A DNA stretch of 64,000 nt from Octopus sinensis (GCF_006345805.1 NC_042999.1:23746001-23810000); one strand, 5' to 3'. Numbered from the stretch's first letter, positions 37,692 to 51,979 are shown. Numbers and translations: made by a program. The notes: generated by a model not told the origin, from the letters alone.

Positions 37692-38911
37692 CCTTTGACA
37701 GGGTTGATCATAAGATCCTTTGAGGAAGATGTCCAATATTGGTGTCACTGGAAAGCTGCTGCAGTGGATCAAGTGCTTCCTGTCTAACAGAACCCAACAT
37801 GTTGTAGTCGAAGGAGCCAAATCCAGCCCAGCCAAAGTCAGCAGTGGTGTCCCACAAGGCACTGTGTTGGGCCCACTTCTCTTCATCATCTACATAAATG
37901 ATATTACTGACACCATCAAACACAGTAACATCAGAACCTTCGCTGATGATTCCAAGCTCCAGAAGGTCATCAATGGCGTGGATGACCGAATAAACCTTCA
38001 GTCAGACCTACTGGCTGTTGTCCAATGGGCGGAAAAGAATAACATGTTGCTAAATGAAGACAAATTCGAACTGATCCACTTTGGAAGGGAGGACGCTCTG
38101 AAACTCCCATAATCTCTTCCTTCTGGAGAAATTCTCATGGCATCCAACAACATCAGAGACTTGGGAGTAACAGTGGACAACAACAGAAGCTGGGCTACAC
38201 ATATAGGCAGCAAAGTTGACATGACCCGCAGAATGTGTTCCTGGATTCTCAGAACCTTCCAGTCGAGAGATTCCCACGCTATTATCCTTCTCTTCTCCAC
38301 TTTTGCCCGACCCCACCTTGAATACTGCTGTCCACTGTGGTCTCCCTACACAAAACAAAATATTATGAGAATTGAAGCTCCCCAAAGGTCAATCACAAAA
38401 AAGATAGATGGCATATCAGACCTTGACTACTGGGGTAGACTAGAGAAGCTGAAATTGTATTCACTCCAACGACGCTGTGAACGCTACATTATCTGTATGA
38501 TGTGGAAAATATTCCATCAGCACTGTCCGAATGATGTTGGCATCACCTTCAAAATACATCCAAGGCTTGGACCACGTGCCATCCGTCCACAACAGAAATC
38601 TAAATCGCATCACATAACGACAATACGGCACAACTATTTCACCTCAATTGGACCTGCTCTCTTCAACATTACACCAGGACACGTCAAAAAAGAAACTAAC
38701 CACACAAAATTCAAGAAGTCTTTGGACAAATTCCTTCAAACAGTCTCGGACAAACCACCCACACCCGGATATGTCTCCGCAAACAATAACTCTCTGCTCG
38801 AATGGGCCTTGGTGCCCAAATCCTGAACTGAATGACTTCGCCAGGTGGTGCTATTAAGTTAGACATGGCCTGGGCCAATACTGGCCAAAACCTTTCTAAG
38901 TTATTCTAAGT
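37692..38911 (+). mobile_element. 5'-truncated young copy of the CR1-like LINE at 25.6 kb, inserted in (TA)n
   Basis: Protein near-identical to the C-terminal part of ORF 25675-27186; premature TAA at 38110; same 3' tail. Confidence 0.93.
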
Positions 38912-38912
38912 T

Positions 38913-38992
<80 letters not shown>

Positions 38993-39145
38993 CAAAATTA
39001 GAAAATGGAGAAACATACTTAAATCAATAAAACATCAACTATCAGATGATACCCAATCAATACTTTATTACACCATTACATATCAGTAAAGGCATTATAC
39101 AAAATATACAGTAAATGTAAATAGACAAAGAGATATAAGTATAAA

Positions 39146-39198
<53 letters not shown>

Positions 39199-40206
39199 TA
39201 CGACGGTCTACCAAATCCACTCGCAAGGCTTTGATCTGCCCGAGGCTATAGTAGAAGTCAGATGCCCAATGTCTCACGCAGTGGGACTGAACCCGGAGCT
39301 ATGTGGTTGGTAAGCAAGCTTCTTACAACACAGTCACTCCTGCACTCCTATTAGTAAAGTTGCTGCAATTATTCTCATTTATTGCGGAATTCGATATAAA
39401 AATTGAAGTGCTGTGAAATAACATACTACATTATAATGAGTTAAAATGGCTCCTTGTTGTAAATGTATGGTCTAGCAGCAGGAAGCATCGCCCTTGTTAG
39501 TCTGACGTAGGCATATGACTTATGTAAATTACATCACTTTGTTCCCCTTGAAGTCCTCACACCGGCAAACAAAAATAAAGCTGAGAGACATAACCATGTA
39601 AGAAGATGCAGAGGTCTTGCAAGGACAATTCTGCATGGAAACGAAGAGTTAGAAGAAAGGAAGACAAAGGTAAAAATGAAAGGAAAACTTCAAGGAATGG
39701 ATAGACGAATCCTGAACGGTGAGCTAATATTTGATACGCCGCTGTGACTGATAGAGAAGAATGGTATATAGTATGTCACAATATCATCGGAAGTTAAGGT
39801 CCCATGTAACCAATACACACACGTACCTACTAATAATACGTGTATGTGTGAGTGAGTGTGTAAGTTTTGGGATTTAGTTTGCAAGATTCTTTATGTGAGT
39901 TCGTGTATTGAAGCATATTTTGCTGTGTCTGGAGAGAGGCATTCTCTTTTAGTGCCTTATTATTTAACGCACTCACCGGTAAAGTTTTCACTCATTTACT
40001 TATTTATTTTTCTTAAAACTTTTCACACGTAGACCAACACACATACGCACAAACCAACAAAAAGAACGCAGATTGAATAACGGACAGTGTAAACGACTAT
40101 TGAAAAGGTCGTAAGCCTCAACGACAATTTTAAAAGGTAAATAAGTAAATAAGTGGATATTTTATCGGCACAAAAAGAGAATGATTCTCTCCAGACACAA
40201 CAGTAC

Positions 40207-40280
<74 letters not shown>

Positions 40281-40292
40281 GAAAGGAAAAGA

Positions 40293-40655
40293 AATGGAGC
40301 AACAATTAATAATTAGAAGTTGATCATTGGTATTAAATGGTCATAATTTAATTATAGCTAAAATAACACTTACAGCTGTTTCAGTTTGTTATTTTTGAGG
40401 TAAATTTGCATTTGTCTCGTTCCATATAACAAACATTGTCAGAATGATTTGGAGTTTATCAGAGGAATATTGACAGGAGGGGAAAGGAAAAGGAAAAGAA
40501 AAAAAAAAAGAAAAAAGTTCGTGAAGTTTTTAGACTTACATTTTTGTTTCCTCTAAAGGTTGCTCGTGTGAATACATTTATTTTTGCTATAATTAAACTG
40601 TGACCATTTAATACCAATGATCAACTTCTAATTGTTAATTGTTGGTCCATTTGTT
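40293..40655. repeat. Inverted repeat (~75 bp arms), pLTR-like
   Basis: AATTAGAAGTTGATCATTGGTATTAAATGGTCA mirrored by TGACCATTTAATACCAATGATCAACTTCTAATT. Confidence 0.8.
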
Positions 40656-40833
40656 TTCTTATCTGAATATTTTAAATCACAGTTTACCATTAAAATTGCC
40701 AACTACTGTTAACCTTATACCAAGGCCTATACATAGTGAGGTAATACACCAGTAGTGCCTACGGATACTTATATCCCTTAGACGGTTGCATAACATCTAA
40801 CTCATAAATATCTCTCTCCCTCTCTCTCCCCCC

Positions 40834-40879
<46 letters not shown>

Positions 40880-40880
40880 G

Positions 40881-42012
40881 GAGGTCGACTTTGCCTTTCA
40901 TCCTTTCGGGGTCGATTAAATAAGTACCAGTTACGCACTGGGATCAATGTAATCGACTTAATCCGTTTGTCTGTCCTTGTTTGTCCCCCCTGTGTGTAGC
41001 CCTTTGTGGACAGTAAAGAAATAAGAATCGTTACCACGCCGGGCGAAATGCTTAGCGCTATTTTTCTGTGCTTACGTTCTGAGTTCAAATTCCGCCGAGG
41101 TCGATTTTTCCTTTTGAGGTGGATAAAATAAGTACCAGTTGAGCAACGTTACTCATGGATATGAGTATAAAAGCTGCACACCTCTGCCAAGTCATGTCAA
41201 TCCAATGTGCCAGAATACGATCATCAAACCAGTATGTTCTCAAGTTCAAAATCACGGCCTCCACCTCAGACCGTGGTTGTTGGAGAGAACATGCTGAGGC
41301 CTTCGTCCTTCAGTGGACTGAACATGGCCAAAGAAAAAAAAGAAAGAATACGATTTATCAGTTGAAGCTTAAGCATTCGATCGTAATTTTAGCAAGATCG
41401 ATAGAACAAAAGAATCGATGACCCAACTCCCCTATCACTAAAAGGGTAAAGACCCCTTTCTGTCATAAATGACCATGGGATTGTACCTACAAAGTTACTC
41501 ACCGAGGCACAAGTCCGGACAAGGTTTTTATGGAAGACTAACAGTCGCCCATGCATACCAGCCTCCTCCTCTCCACATTGCTACAGCTGAGTGAACTGGA
41601 GCAAAACACAGCCCTAGTCAGGAATCGAACTCACTACTTCATGATTGTGAGTCCGATGCTCTAACCATTGACCCATGCGCTGCAACAATAAGCAATATAT
41701 TATGGACAACTAAGGATTAAGTACTTACGAGCTGTTACGTGAATAACAATACAAAAACTAGGTAAATATATAAAAACACGAAACATCAAATTATTTGTTG
41801 TGTGATTATAAATCGATATTTATCGGAAATAAACAATCTGCCGGAGTGCAAAACACCAGTTTTATATAAATATATATATATTTGCGCACGCATGTGTGTT
41901 TGTGCGTGCTTGTGTGTGTGTGTGTGTGTGTGTATGTGTGTGTGAGTGTGTAAATAGGGAACAGCTTTTCTTTTGCGCATGTAATATTCAAAAACACAAC
42001 TATGTTCATGTT
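40881..42012 (+). repeat. Segmental duplicate of 11452-12661
   Basis: Same order of SINE B, LINE tail, SINE C and non-repeat spacers. Confidence 0.9.
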
Positions 42013-42086
42013 TGATGTTTTTTGTGTATATATATGTATATATGTTCATGTTTGATGTTTTTTTATGGTTTTTGTTTGTGTACATA

Positions 42087-42637
42087 TGTCGTAAATCTTT
42101 ATGAGTTCTTTATGTTTGGTCTGGAACAACAGCGATTGTTAATCCTATAGTTTGATACTCCGAGGCTTTTTTATCGTCTTAATCTTAAAAGAAACAATTG
42201 TAATGGCGCGTTGTCCGTATGTTCTGCATAAAGTTGCAAAACGTCTTGGCAATAATTTTATAACTGATAAAATTACTAACTCCGGATTTAAAATTATACA
42301 CCGTTAAATCCAGATAGATTTCAAGATATGATTTTTTTAAACACTTTTTTTATTTTTTTTCATTATATATTTTTAAGTGTTAAGCATTTGTGTGCTTAAT
42401 TTATTGAGTATTTCGCTATTTTTATTCTTTTTCTTTTACTCTTTTATTTGTTTCAGTCACTTGACTGCGGCCATGCTGGAGCACCAGCTTTAGTCGAGCA
42501 AATCGACCCCAGGACTTATTCTTTGTAAGCCTAGTACTTATTCTATCAGTGTCTCTTGCCGAACCGCTACGTTACGGTGACGTAAACATACCAGAATCAG
42601 TTGTCAAGTGAGGTTGGGGGGACAAACACAGACACAT

Positions 42638-42673
<36 letters not shown>

Positions 42674-43218
42674 CACACACACATATATATATGACGGGCT
42701 TCTTTCAGTTTCCGTCTACCAAATCCACTCACAAGGCTTTGGTCGGCTCGAGGCTATAGTAGAAGACACTTGCTCAATGTGCCACGCAGTCGGACTAACC
42801 CGGAACTATGTGGTTGGTAAGCAAGCTACTTACCAAATAGTCACTCCTGCGCTCTTATTAGTAAATTTGCTGCAATTATTCTTATTTATTGCGGAATTCG
42901 ATATAAAAATTTATGTGCTGTGAACTAACAGACAACTTTATAATGAGTTGAAATGGTTCCTTGTTGTAAATTTTTGATCTAGCAGCAGGAAGCATCGCCC
43001 TTGTTTGTCTGACGTAGGCATATGACTTATGTAAATTACATCACTTTGGTCCCCTTGAAGTCCTCACACCGGCGAACAAAAAGAAAGCTGAGAGACATAA
43101 CCATGTAAGAAGATGCAGAGGTCTTGCAAGGACAATTCTGCATGGAAACGAAGAGTTAGAAGAAAGGAAGACAAAGGTAAAAATGAAAGGAAAACTTCAA
43201 GAAATGGATAGACGAATC
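42087..43218 (+). repeat. Segmental duplicate of 36840-39716 lacking the CR1 insertion
   Basis: Collinear with 36840-37400 and 39200-39716. Confidence 0.9.
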
Positions 43219-44628
43219 ATGCACGGCAGATGCATGGGCTACATAATGCAAAATCTTTACTTTTCAAAAATTCCCATTCTAAAGGGTCGAAACAAACCCG
43301 AGCAACGCCGGGCGATACTGCTAGTTTTACATATATTTACAATTCAAAATCGTCTCCTTTGCTTTCACTATAGCCCTTAACTATTTATACTTGCCATTTT
43401 CACTTTGCAGTGAAACGTACACCTAACAAGAAAAATTAGAAACATAAATATCTCCAATTCTGTGTGAACATTTACATTTTGTCGTCTCTCATGACTATAA
43501 GAATGTGTAAAATTGCCTTTTAAATTATCTTTTATTGTAACAACACAATTAAATGCACGATAAAAAGTTATGGAATTAAGCACCTACTACTATATACATA
43601 CAACTGAATGCAGAAATTTGAAAAATATATACATAACATTGAACTCAGAAAGTTATTTTTAAAAAAAATCATCGTGGAGAGAAAGAAAAGAGAAAGGAAA
43701 AAAAAATGTAAACAGGTTTGACCTTTTACTGACCATTAACGTCCTTTGTCTCCACCATCTGCCCTATCTATTTATAGACTCAAAGAACCTGAATTCTTTA
43801 ACCAACCATTCTCCCACACAATGAAGTGTTGATGGTGGCTGTGGCTACACATAAAACAATGTCATTGATGATGATGATGGTGATGGTGGTGAAGGTGATA
43901 GTAATAACAATAATAACTGACAGATCCCGTCTTTTTCCCTTTCTTTTCGTTTCCTTCTCTGTATTTTATTCTCATTATTTCGAACTAATACATACAGAGT
44001 GAGCCTTGAAGAAAGGAAGAGGAGGAAAAAGAGAAGAAAAAAAAAAAAAAATAAAATGTTCGGAGATAAAACTATCAACAAAAAATACAGACGAATATAG
44101 ATCAGTTAGTCTTAAAAAGCTGCGCTATGAGCAATGCTTAAAACCCTCAGCCCTCCCTCCAACGTATAATTTACTTTAAAAAGAAATACTTTAAAAGGGA
44201 AAAACGTGAGAAAAAAAAAAAAAAGAAGAAATTAATAATCTAAATTAACGATAGTCAAAAACATGTGCCTTCTCGCACATAAACACATTATTCACACATA
44301 TACAAACACGCGCAGATGCAATTATTGAAGTACTAAATGGCACGTCAAATGATATTTAATCGAGTGGAACATTTTGCATGCATATCAATATTCTAAAGTT
44401 GGACATACTATCCCTTATCCTAAAGCTGCTTCAGACAATTAGGAAGGGTTCCCGACTCGTTGCACCGTCTGCTTTCAATCTTGGATTGTGATTCGGCTCA
44501 GCCCAAACTCTCTCAGATGTTGTCTGCTGTTGCCTACTCCTACAAGGATTGCACCTGTTTTTTGTTCCTGATTTAACTCCGATTTGTCCTAGAGCCCATA
44601 GAAGATTGTTTTTAGTCAACCATCCATC

Positions 44629-45941
44629 ATGTCAGTTCCCTACGGATCGAAACTGAGATCTGCAAGAAGGGCTTCTCATCAAGATGATGGTCCTACCAAT
44701 AGTCAGCTCAACGAGCAGTTGCTGTTGCTCAAACAAGAGGTCGAGCACCTAAAGTCTGTTGTTGCTCTCTTACTGAATAAACAGTCTCCTGTTGACGCAG
44801 AGTCACCCTTGATTTCTTCCCTGGAGACGTCCAAACCGAAGGGAACAAAATCGAAGCGGCCAAAGAAGGCGAAAGAACCGGCGGTCGTTTCTGCACATGA
44901 TCGTTCCTGTGCGGATTCTTCCCCATCTGCCTTTTCGGTCCCGGAGGTTCCCCAACCGAATTTGAGGAGCGTAGACTCAAACCCACCTGAAGACCGTTGT
45001 TCTCCCCAAAAGAAAAACGTCGTCAAAACTCCCATGGGGCGGATTTAGCTATGAAACCTGACCACGATAAACAGTCTCCTGTTGACGCAGAGTCACCCTT
45101 GATTTCTTCCCTGGAGACGTCCAAACCGAAGGGAACAAAATCGAAGCGGCCAAAGAAGGCGAAGGAACCGGCGGTCGTTTCTGCACATGATCGTTCCTGT
45201 GCGGATTCTTCCTCATCTGCCTTTTCGGTCCCGGAGGTTCCCCAACCTAATTTGAGGAGCGTAGACTCAAACCCTCCTGAAGACCGTTGTTCTCCCCCAA
45301 AGAAGAAACGTAGTCAAAATTCCAGAGGGGCAGATTTGGCTATGAAACCTGATCACGATAAAATCCGTTTGGATTCTCCCTCACCTGTCCTTCCCATTAA
45401 TGCCATTGCTCAACCAATTCTGAACGATCTCGATGTGAGTTCATCTGGGGAGTGGCGCTCCCCCAAACCGAAGAAGAGGCAGTGCAGTTCCAAACCAGGC
45501 GGGAAAATTATGACCACTAAACCCATTCCGATCGACCCCACAGGCCGACATAAGTCCGATGGCTATGAAACCACCCTTTCGAAATCCTCCAATGAAGAAT
45601 CGAATACCACAGCTCATAGTAGAGAACATTTTGCCCACTCAAGATCAGCAATAATTTACGGTAAAGCTGAATCCACCCGTGATACAGGCATAAATCGCCT
45701 AAAAGATGACATTAATTTTGTTTCCATTTTAGTTGGAAAATTGTTCTCTGTGAACGAAAATGTCAGTGTCCATAAGGTCGCTCGGCTAGGAAGATTCCAA
45801 GCGAAACCAACCTCAGATACTAGACCACGCCCAATAAGGGTAATCTTCTCTTCCGATCGGAAGGCTTCAGTCTTTCTGAACAGAGCTCAGACGCATGCCT
45901 GGGATGACCCCAATATGGTTTTCGCGAGGAATACTCACTAA
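44629..45941 (+). pseudogene. CR1 ORF1 with ~290 bp internal tandem duplication and frameshift
   Basis: Coiled-coil-like N-terminus, AIIYGKAES, RLGR, RPRPIRVIF motifs; ACAGTCTCCT at 44781 and 45071. Confidence 0.82.
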
Positions 45942-46179
45942 GAGAGAGAATTCGCCGGAGAAACCTAATATCCGAACTAAAGATGAGGAAACAAATGGGA
46001 GAGAAGGGTTTACGAATCCAAGATGGACAGATAATCAAGTCCTACCTCTGGTCCCATGCTGTAGTGCTGACAGGGAAAGTGATGTGAGGGCAAATCGAAG
46101 TGAAGTTGATACCCCCGTCAACGATGCTATCTCTGATACCCCTTATTCTGCTTGTTCCCCAACTCCCGCCCCTCAGACT

Positions 46180-48972
46180 TCACAGCTCAGCATCGTCTAC
46201 ACCAACTCGTGCTCCTTATTCCCAAAGTTCAGTGAACTATTTACACTGGCCATACGTGACTCCCCTGATGTGATAGCTATCACCGAGACTTGGCTGACTC
46301 CAGCAGTAAAGGACTCAGAAATCTACCTGTAGGGCTACGTCCTTTTCAGATGTGACAGAGGAAAAAGGCGAGGTGGAGGTCTTGCTGTGTATGTTAAGTC
46401 TGAGCACAAACCGTCCAGCGGTATTCTACCCACTAATGCTCAGCCTACAACAAAATTCGATGCCGTCTATTGCAAGCTGAGCCTATCTGAGTTTTGCCTG
46501 CCCGTGTTGGCTGTCTACAGGCCGCCTCTTGCCGACCCCCAGGACGATGCTCATTTACTCGAAGCGATAAGATTCGTTTCAGCTTCGCATGACTGTTTGG
46601 TACTAGGCGACTTCAACGCTCCCACGATCGATTGGCCCGCATCAATTTGTACAACATCTTCCCGGTTCGGCCAGGCCCTTCTTGACGTGGCTGAAGATTG
46701 TTTTCTATCGCAACATGTTGAATATCCGACAAGGCATCGGTCTGGGCAGCAGCCATCTATGCTAGATCTGGTATTCTCCCGCTATCCAAGATCAGTGTCA
46801 GACGTATCTGTGTGCGCCCCTCTTGCCAAGAGTGATCATGCGGTCCTGAAGTTCGTCATGCACACAACTTTTTCTGCGCCCACGACTACTTCGCTGCCAC
46901 GTAGAGTCTTCTCTGCAATTAATCTTGAAATTCTAACCGAGGCTTCCGCGCTTCTGGACTGGCGATCCCTGATGACGTTGTCCTCAGTTGACGAACTATG
47001 GTCATCCCTCAAAGCATATGTAATCTGTTTGACTGACCAGGCAGTTCCCGTTGGGCTTCCCAAGAGGAAGAAACACAAGCCCTGGGTGACGAAGAGGGTT
47101 AAACGAGAACGTCGACTCAGAGATATTGCTTGGGCTGAATTAAAAAATCTGGATTCGACTGCAGCTTTTGAGGTGTACAAAACACAACGAGACCGAGCCG
47201 TGAAAATCGAAAAGAAAGAACGCTTCAGTTATGAATACAAAATCGCGGCAAATGCCAGTAGCAATCCAAAAACCTTCTTTGCCCATGTCCAGCGGAATTC
47301 CCGCTTGAACAACCAGATTGCAACGTTGGTAGACTCAACAGGCGTATCGATTGAGGACCCTTATCAACAGAGTCAATTATTTGCCGAGGCTTTTTCAACT
47401 ATTTTCAAACAAGATGATGGTCGTGAACCCCCTCCATTTGATAGATCGGTACCTCCAATGCTTCGATTGGTCATCACACGGGACGAAGTCAAACGAGTTA
47501 TTCAAGGCCTCGATGTCAACAAGGGTCACGGCCCTGACGGCATACACCCACGGGTTATCAAAGCGTTGGCTCCGGTCATCTGCGAGCCCTTAACGCGACT
47601 ATTCAATATGTCATTGGCGACGGGTGTTATACCTGCAGACTGGAGAACAGCGATAATCTGCCCAATTTTCAAGAAAGGGAGCCGCGAAGATCCGCTTAAC
47701 TACCGACCGGTTTCCCTTACATCAATAATCAGCAAGATGTTCGAAATCATCCTTAAGAAAAGTATGATGCTCCACCTCCTAAACACAGCCTCTATCTCTG
47801 ATTCCCAACACGGCTTCGTGCCGAAGAGATCATGCTTGACCAACTTACTAGTAATGGAAGAATTGGTGACGCGCATCCTCGATGATAGTGATGCTGTTGA
47901 CATCGTTTTACTGGACTTTGCCAAAGCTTTTGACTCGGTAAACCACCGCCTATTACTTGTCAAGCTTCAAGCATATAGTTTCCATCCGGATATTGTACGA
48001 TGGGTTGGTGCCTTCCTCTCAGATCGCTCCTTCCAAGTCCAAGTTAATGGTTCGCGGTCCGACGTCTCCAGTGCGAGCAGTGGCGTGCCTCAAGGTTCAG
48101 TGCTTGGGCCCTTGTTGTTCTTAGTCTTCATAAATGACTTGCCCGACGACCTCACGCAACACACCCTTCTATTTGCCGACGATATCAAACTGGTCGCTCC
48201 TCGCGGTAATATAGAGGATCTTCGTCGATGCCTCCACCAAATTTGGAAGTGGTCTAACGATTGGGACCTGTGTCTGAACGTGTCAAAGTGCTGTCATCTG
48301 CCTGTCGGCTCTACTCCTGCAACTCAACTTGATTTCGAGCCGGGTCGTCTGCTGCTGGAGAGGACCGATCAGGTAAAGGACCTAGGTATCTTGGTGGATT
48401 CCTCCTTTTCGCCTTCGGCCCAGTGCGTTCATGCTGCCAACAAAGCACGCGGAATTCTGTTCTTGATTCGACGGTCATTCGGAATGCTCACAGCAGCCAC
48501 ATTCCTACCGCTCTATGTCACGCTGGTGAGACCCATATTGGAGTATGGGATTCAAGCCTCTTCTCCTTATCTCCTCAAAGACATACAGCATCTCGAAAGA
48601 GTCCAGAAGCTGGCTACCCGCATGGTTCATGGTCTCAAAAATTTGTCCTACGAAGAAAGGCTGAGGACGCTCGACCTTTATTCTCTTGAAAAACGCCGCC
48701 GCCGTAGTGATCTCATTCTCGCCCACAACATCATAAGCGGAAAGTGTAACCTCTCGAAAGAGCTGTTCTTCACTCCTGCTCCAGAGCGTCGGCTGCGGGG
48801 TCATTCCGAAAAGCTCTACCTGCGACGATTTCATCTCAATCGAAGGAGAGGAGCTTTCTCCGTCCGGGTTGCGGATCCGTGGAACAAGCTGCCAGACGAG
48901 ATGGTGAAGATGCCGACGACCGCTTTGTTCAAAGCCTCCCTGGACCTCAAGTGGCCTGAACTCTTTACATGA
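46180..48972 (+). pseudogene. CR1 ORF2 (APE + RT), intact apart from one in-frame TAG at 46330-46332
   Basis: YTNSCSL, AITETWL, YRPP, GDFN, SDH, NYRPVSL, LDFAKAFD, SGVPQGSVLGP, FADD, LRGH. Confidence 0.93.
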
Positions 48973-49689
48973 ACACCACCCTGTACTTAACTCCATGTCC
49001 CCCTACATGGCCTTGCTATTTGCTTTTGAGCCAAATTAACTAACTAACTAACTAACTAACAGTCCTTTATCCCAGCCATTTTCAATGCTACAATTTGTTC
49101 ACATGTTGTATGAGCCACCATATTTAATTAAGGGCGAACAATAAAACAAAAGAACGTTAACAAACGCTATGCAACATCTGCAACTATGTTTACAAATAAG
49201 ACTGCTTTGATTTATGTTTGAATAATGAATAATTAATTGTTTACATAATGGGTAAATGTATATGACACACCCAGTGTATTCTATTCTCAGTGGGTCAATC
49301 TTTATGAGATCTTTGCTCTCTTCTGCCAGCAGATCACCGAATGGGGATCGATAAAATAAGACTCTGCCATCACACCGGGGTTCGAATTGATAAATAATAT
49401 AATATGCTCTGCATGATATTTGAGATTGAAAAAAGAACATTGAGTGCAAAGAAATTTGAACAAGTTGGATACACAAGTAGCAAGTACAGAAGAACTGAAA
49501 CCAACAATGATAGACAGGTGGAAAGAGACAATGGTTGGAATGATGTTAAAATTGAATATTCATAAGGCGGCGCGCTGGCAGAAACGTTAGCACGCCGGGC
49601 GAGATGCTTATCGGTATTTAGTCTGCCGTTACGTTCTGAGTTCAAATTCCGCCGATGTTGACTTTGCCTTTCATCCTTTCGGGCATTTC

Positions 49690-51640
49690 TTCTTCTTCTT
49701 GTTGTGTTGGCAGCCAGAAGATCTATTATTAAATTTGATGATAAGTTGTGGGCCCGTAAAGACACACCAGATAGTTTCGATATACCAATGGGAAGTTCTG
49801 ATTCAGCACAGATAGCTGATTTGGTCTGTATATATATTCTTTTTGAAATGGCTGAAGAGTTCCCTAGCATTTATGGAGGTCTATATCGTGATGATTGTTT
49901 ACTTAACCTCCAAAATGTTTCCAACCAAAAGGTACAAAAAGTTAAGAATAGTTTAGTTAATTTTCTCACTAGAATGGGTTAAAAATCGTTTTTGATGACG
50001 ATATGACGAAGGCCAACTTTTTAGATATTACGCTTAATTTACACAGTGACTCTTACTTCCCATATCGTAAACCGTTGACCAATCTAAAGTACATTAGCAA
50101 ATTTAGTAATCATCCTGGAGCAATTACTTAGAACTTAGTTAAGAATATTTCATTTAGATTATCTAAATTATCTGCTAATGTTGATATGTTCAATAATAAC
50201 GTTGAATTCTATAACTCTGCCTTAATTAAAGCAGGTTATACAGAGAAAAGTTTCTACATTGATTCTGCTCAGTCTAATTGTAAATTCAATAATGTAGATA
50301 AGATTTCTAGTCGTAAAAGAATTATTGATAACAAACATAACTTACGCACCGATACAAAGCGAATGAAGGCAGATAACCCTTATTTAATCCCCTATTATCG
50401 ATCTAAAAGTAAATATAACACCTTCAAAAGTAATTACGCTATGAATACTAGTAAAAATATTTGGTTAATAATTCCTTACGGGAGACAAATTAAATCTAAT
50501 CTCCCACTGCTGTTTCGTCAAGCTATTGCTAGGAATTTTCCAAACAATTCTAGATATTACTCTATTATCAATTCACATATGGTTAGGATAGGTTTTTCAA
50601 ACACAAAAATATCTTGCAAATTATCTCTTCACATAATAACAAACTGTTAAATATTAATACATTTACTAATACTAACATTAATTTAGCTAATACTATCCAA
50701 CCCTCTAGAAATATTAATAACAAGGTTATTGTATCTGAAGTCAATTCCAATAGAATTAAAATTTATGTCAAGTAACTCTAAGATTAAAAATTCTATATAC
50801 CAGTGTATAATCAGTACTCGTAATAAAGTACAATTTTACATTTGAAGCACATCGTTAGAGTTATCTAAGAGAATTTCTATCCATTACTCAACATTTAGGG
50901 ATAGAAATAAACGTAATAGTACCGGTCTCAGCAAATTTATTTGGGATTTAAAAGACCACAATGAAAAATTTCATTTAGAATAGTTGATTCTCTCAATTTC
51001 GATACCATATGACAAAGGCAAGGAATTCTGTCTTCTCTGCAATTCTGAGTTATTTTTCATTATTTTTTTCTAAAAATTACTCTAGTAAACACGGTTATAG
51101 GGCGACCATACAGATGTAAGCATTGGCAAAAACATACATTTAGTGAATATAAGTAGCCTCTATCATTATATATAATTGAAACTTTAATTTCCTTTATATT
51201 TAACATTCACTATTAATATCCCTACTCTTTCTGTTAGCTACTTATGACGTTATATCATATAACGTTTTTTTAAACAATGTTAATAGCGTTCTGTCTATCG
51301 CTATACAAATCCATCATTTTTTGCTAAAATGTCTTATTGACGAGTTCCGCTTTTTTCACTTTCCTGAGAAGATTGCATTGTTTATACCATTTATTCTTTT
51401 GAATAGTATCAGTGGAATTTTCGAAACATGTGTCGAAAATAAAAATATTTGATTACACCTGCGTTAAACTCCATTTATTTATTCATATATTATTCAAAAT
51501 ATTCCACGTAAACACGAAGTTTCTACCTTTATAAACAAGGAGTTACAACATCTTTACTTGTGAGATTGTTGCTACCCTGGTAACTATTTATTTATTTTTT
51601 CCGTGTTAATTGTTAACAAGGTAAAATACACTCATCTATT
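49690..51640 (+). mobile_element. Decayed 5'-truncated Penelope-like element
   Basis: IPMGSSDSA, GGLYRDD, NFLDITL, SNHP, remnant GIY-YIG ~50790-50960; degenerate hammerhead at 51360-51438. Confidence 0.85.
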
Positions 51641-51774
51641 TATATATATATATATATGTATATATATGTGTATGTATGTTTAAGGTTGAAAAGGAACACA
51701 CGAGTTGATATATATGGGAAAAAAGTCAAAGTAGAACATTCGAAAATCCTAAAGTAATTTTATAAAAAACATTT

Positions 51775-51810
51775 CAGTACCGGTTCCAGTCATTGAGACT
51801 TTTTCAACTG
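51775..51810 (-). ncRNA. Degenerate U3-A8 hammerhead (different family)
   Basis: cag TTGAAAA agtc-tcaat-gact GGAA ccgg TA ctg; GAAA is mutated to GGAA. Confidence 0.55.
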
Positions 51811-51979
51811 TAAGTATGGAAAACAATTAAATTTTGGAAAAATTAAAAGAAAAGTTTTTTAAATGAATATTTGCATAATATTCAAATACAAGGGGCATTT
51901 TCCTTGTTTCTGCCTGTCTCTGTCTCTCTTGTTTACTATTGTGGTTTCGAAAGAAAAAAGCAACAAAAATGGATCAATA

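Larger units (their letters stand above)
43412..49059 (+). mobile_element. Insertion containing a full-length CR1-clade LINE with (TAAC)n tail
   Basis: Boundaries defined by the empty paralogous site at 10125-10150; CAGT at both junctions. Confidence 0.85.

Noticed and set aside
40362-40470. Hammerhead on minus strand (CTGATAA...GAAA cagctg TA)
   Set aside because: G8 mutated without compensation and stems I/II poor; not called functional.
51360-51438. Active hammerhead in the plus-strand Penelope pLTR
   Set aside because: Core reads CTGAGAA (C3/A8 mismatch) and stem II is weak; treated as a relic.
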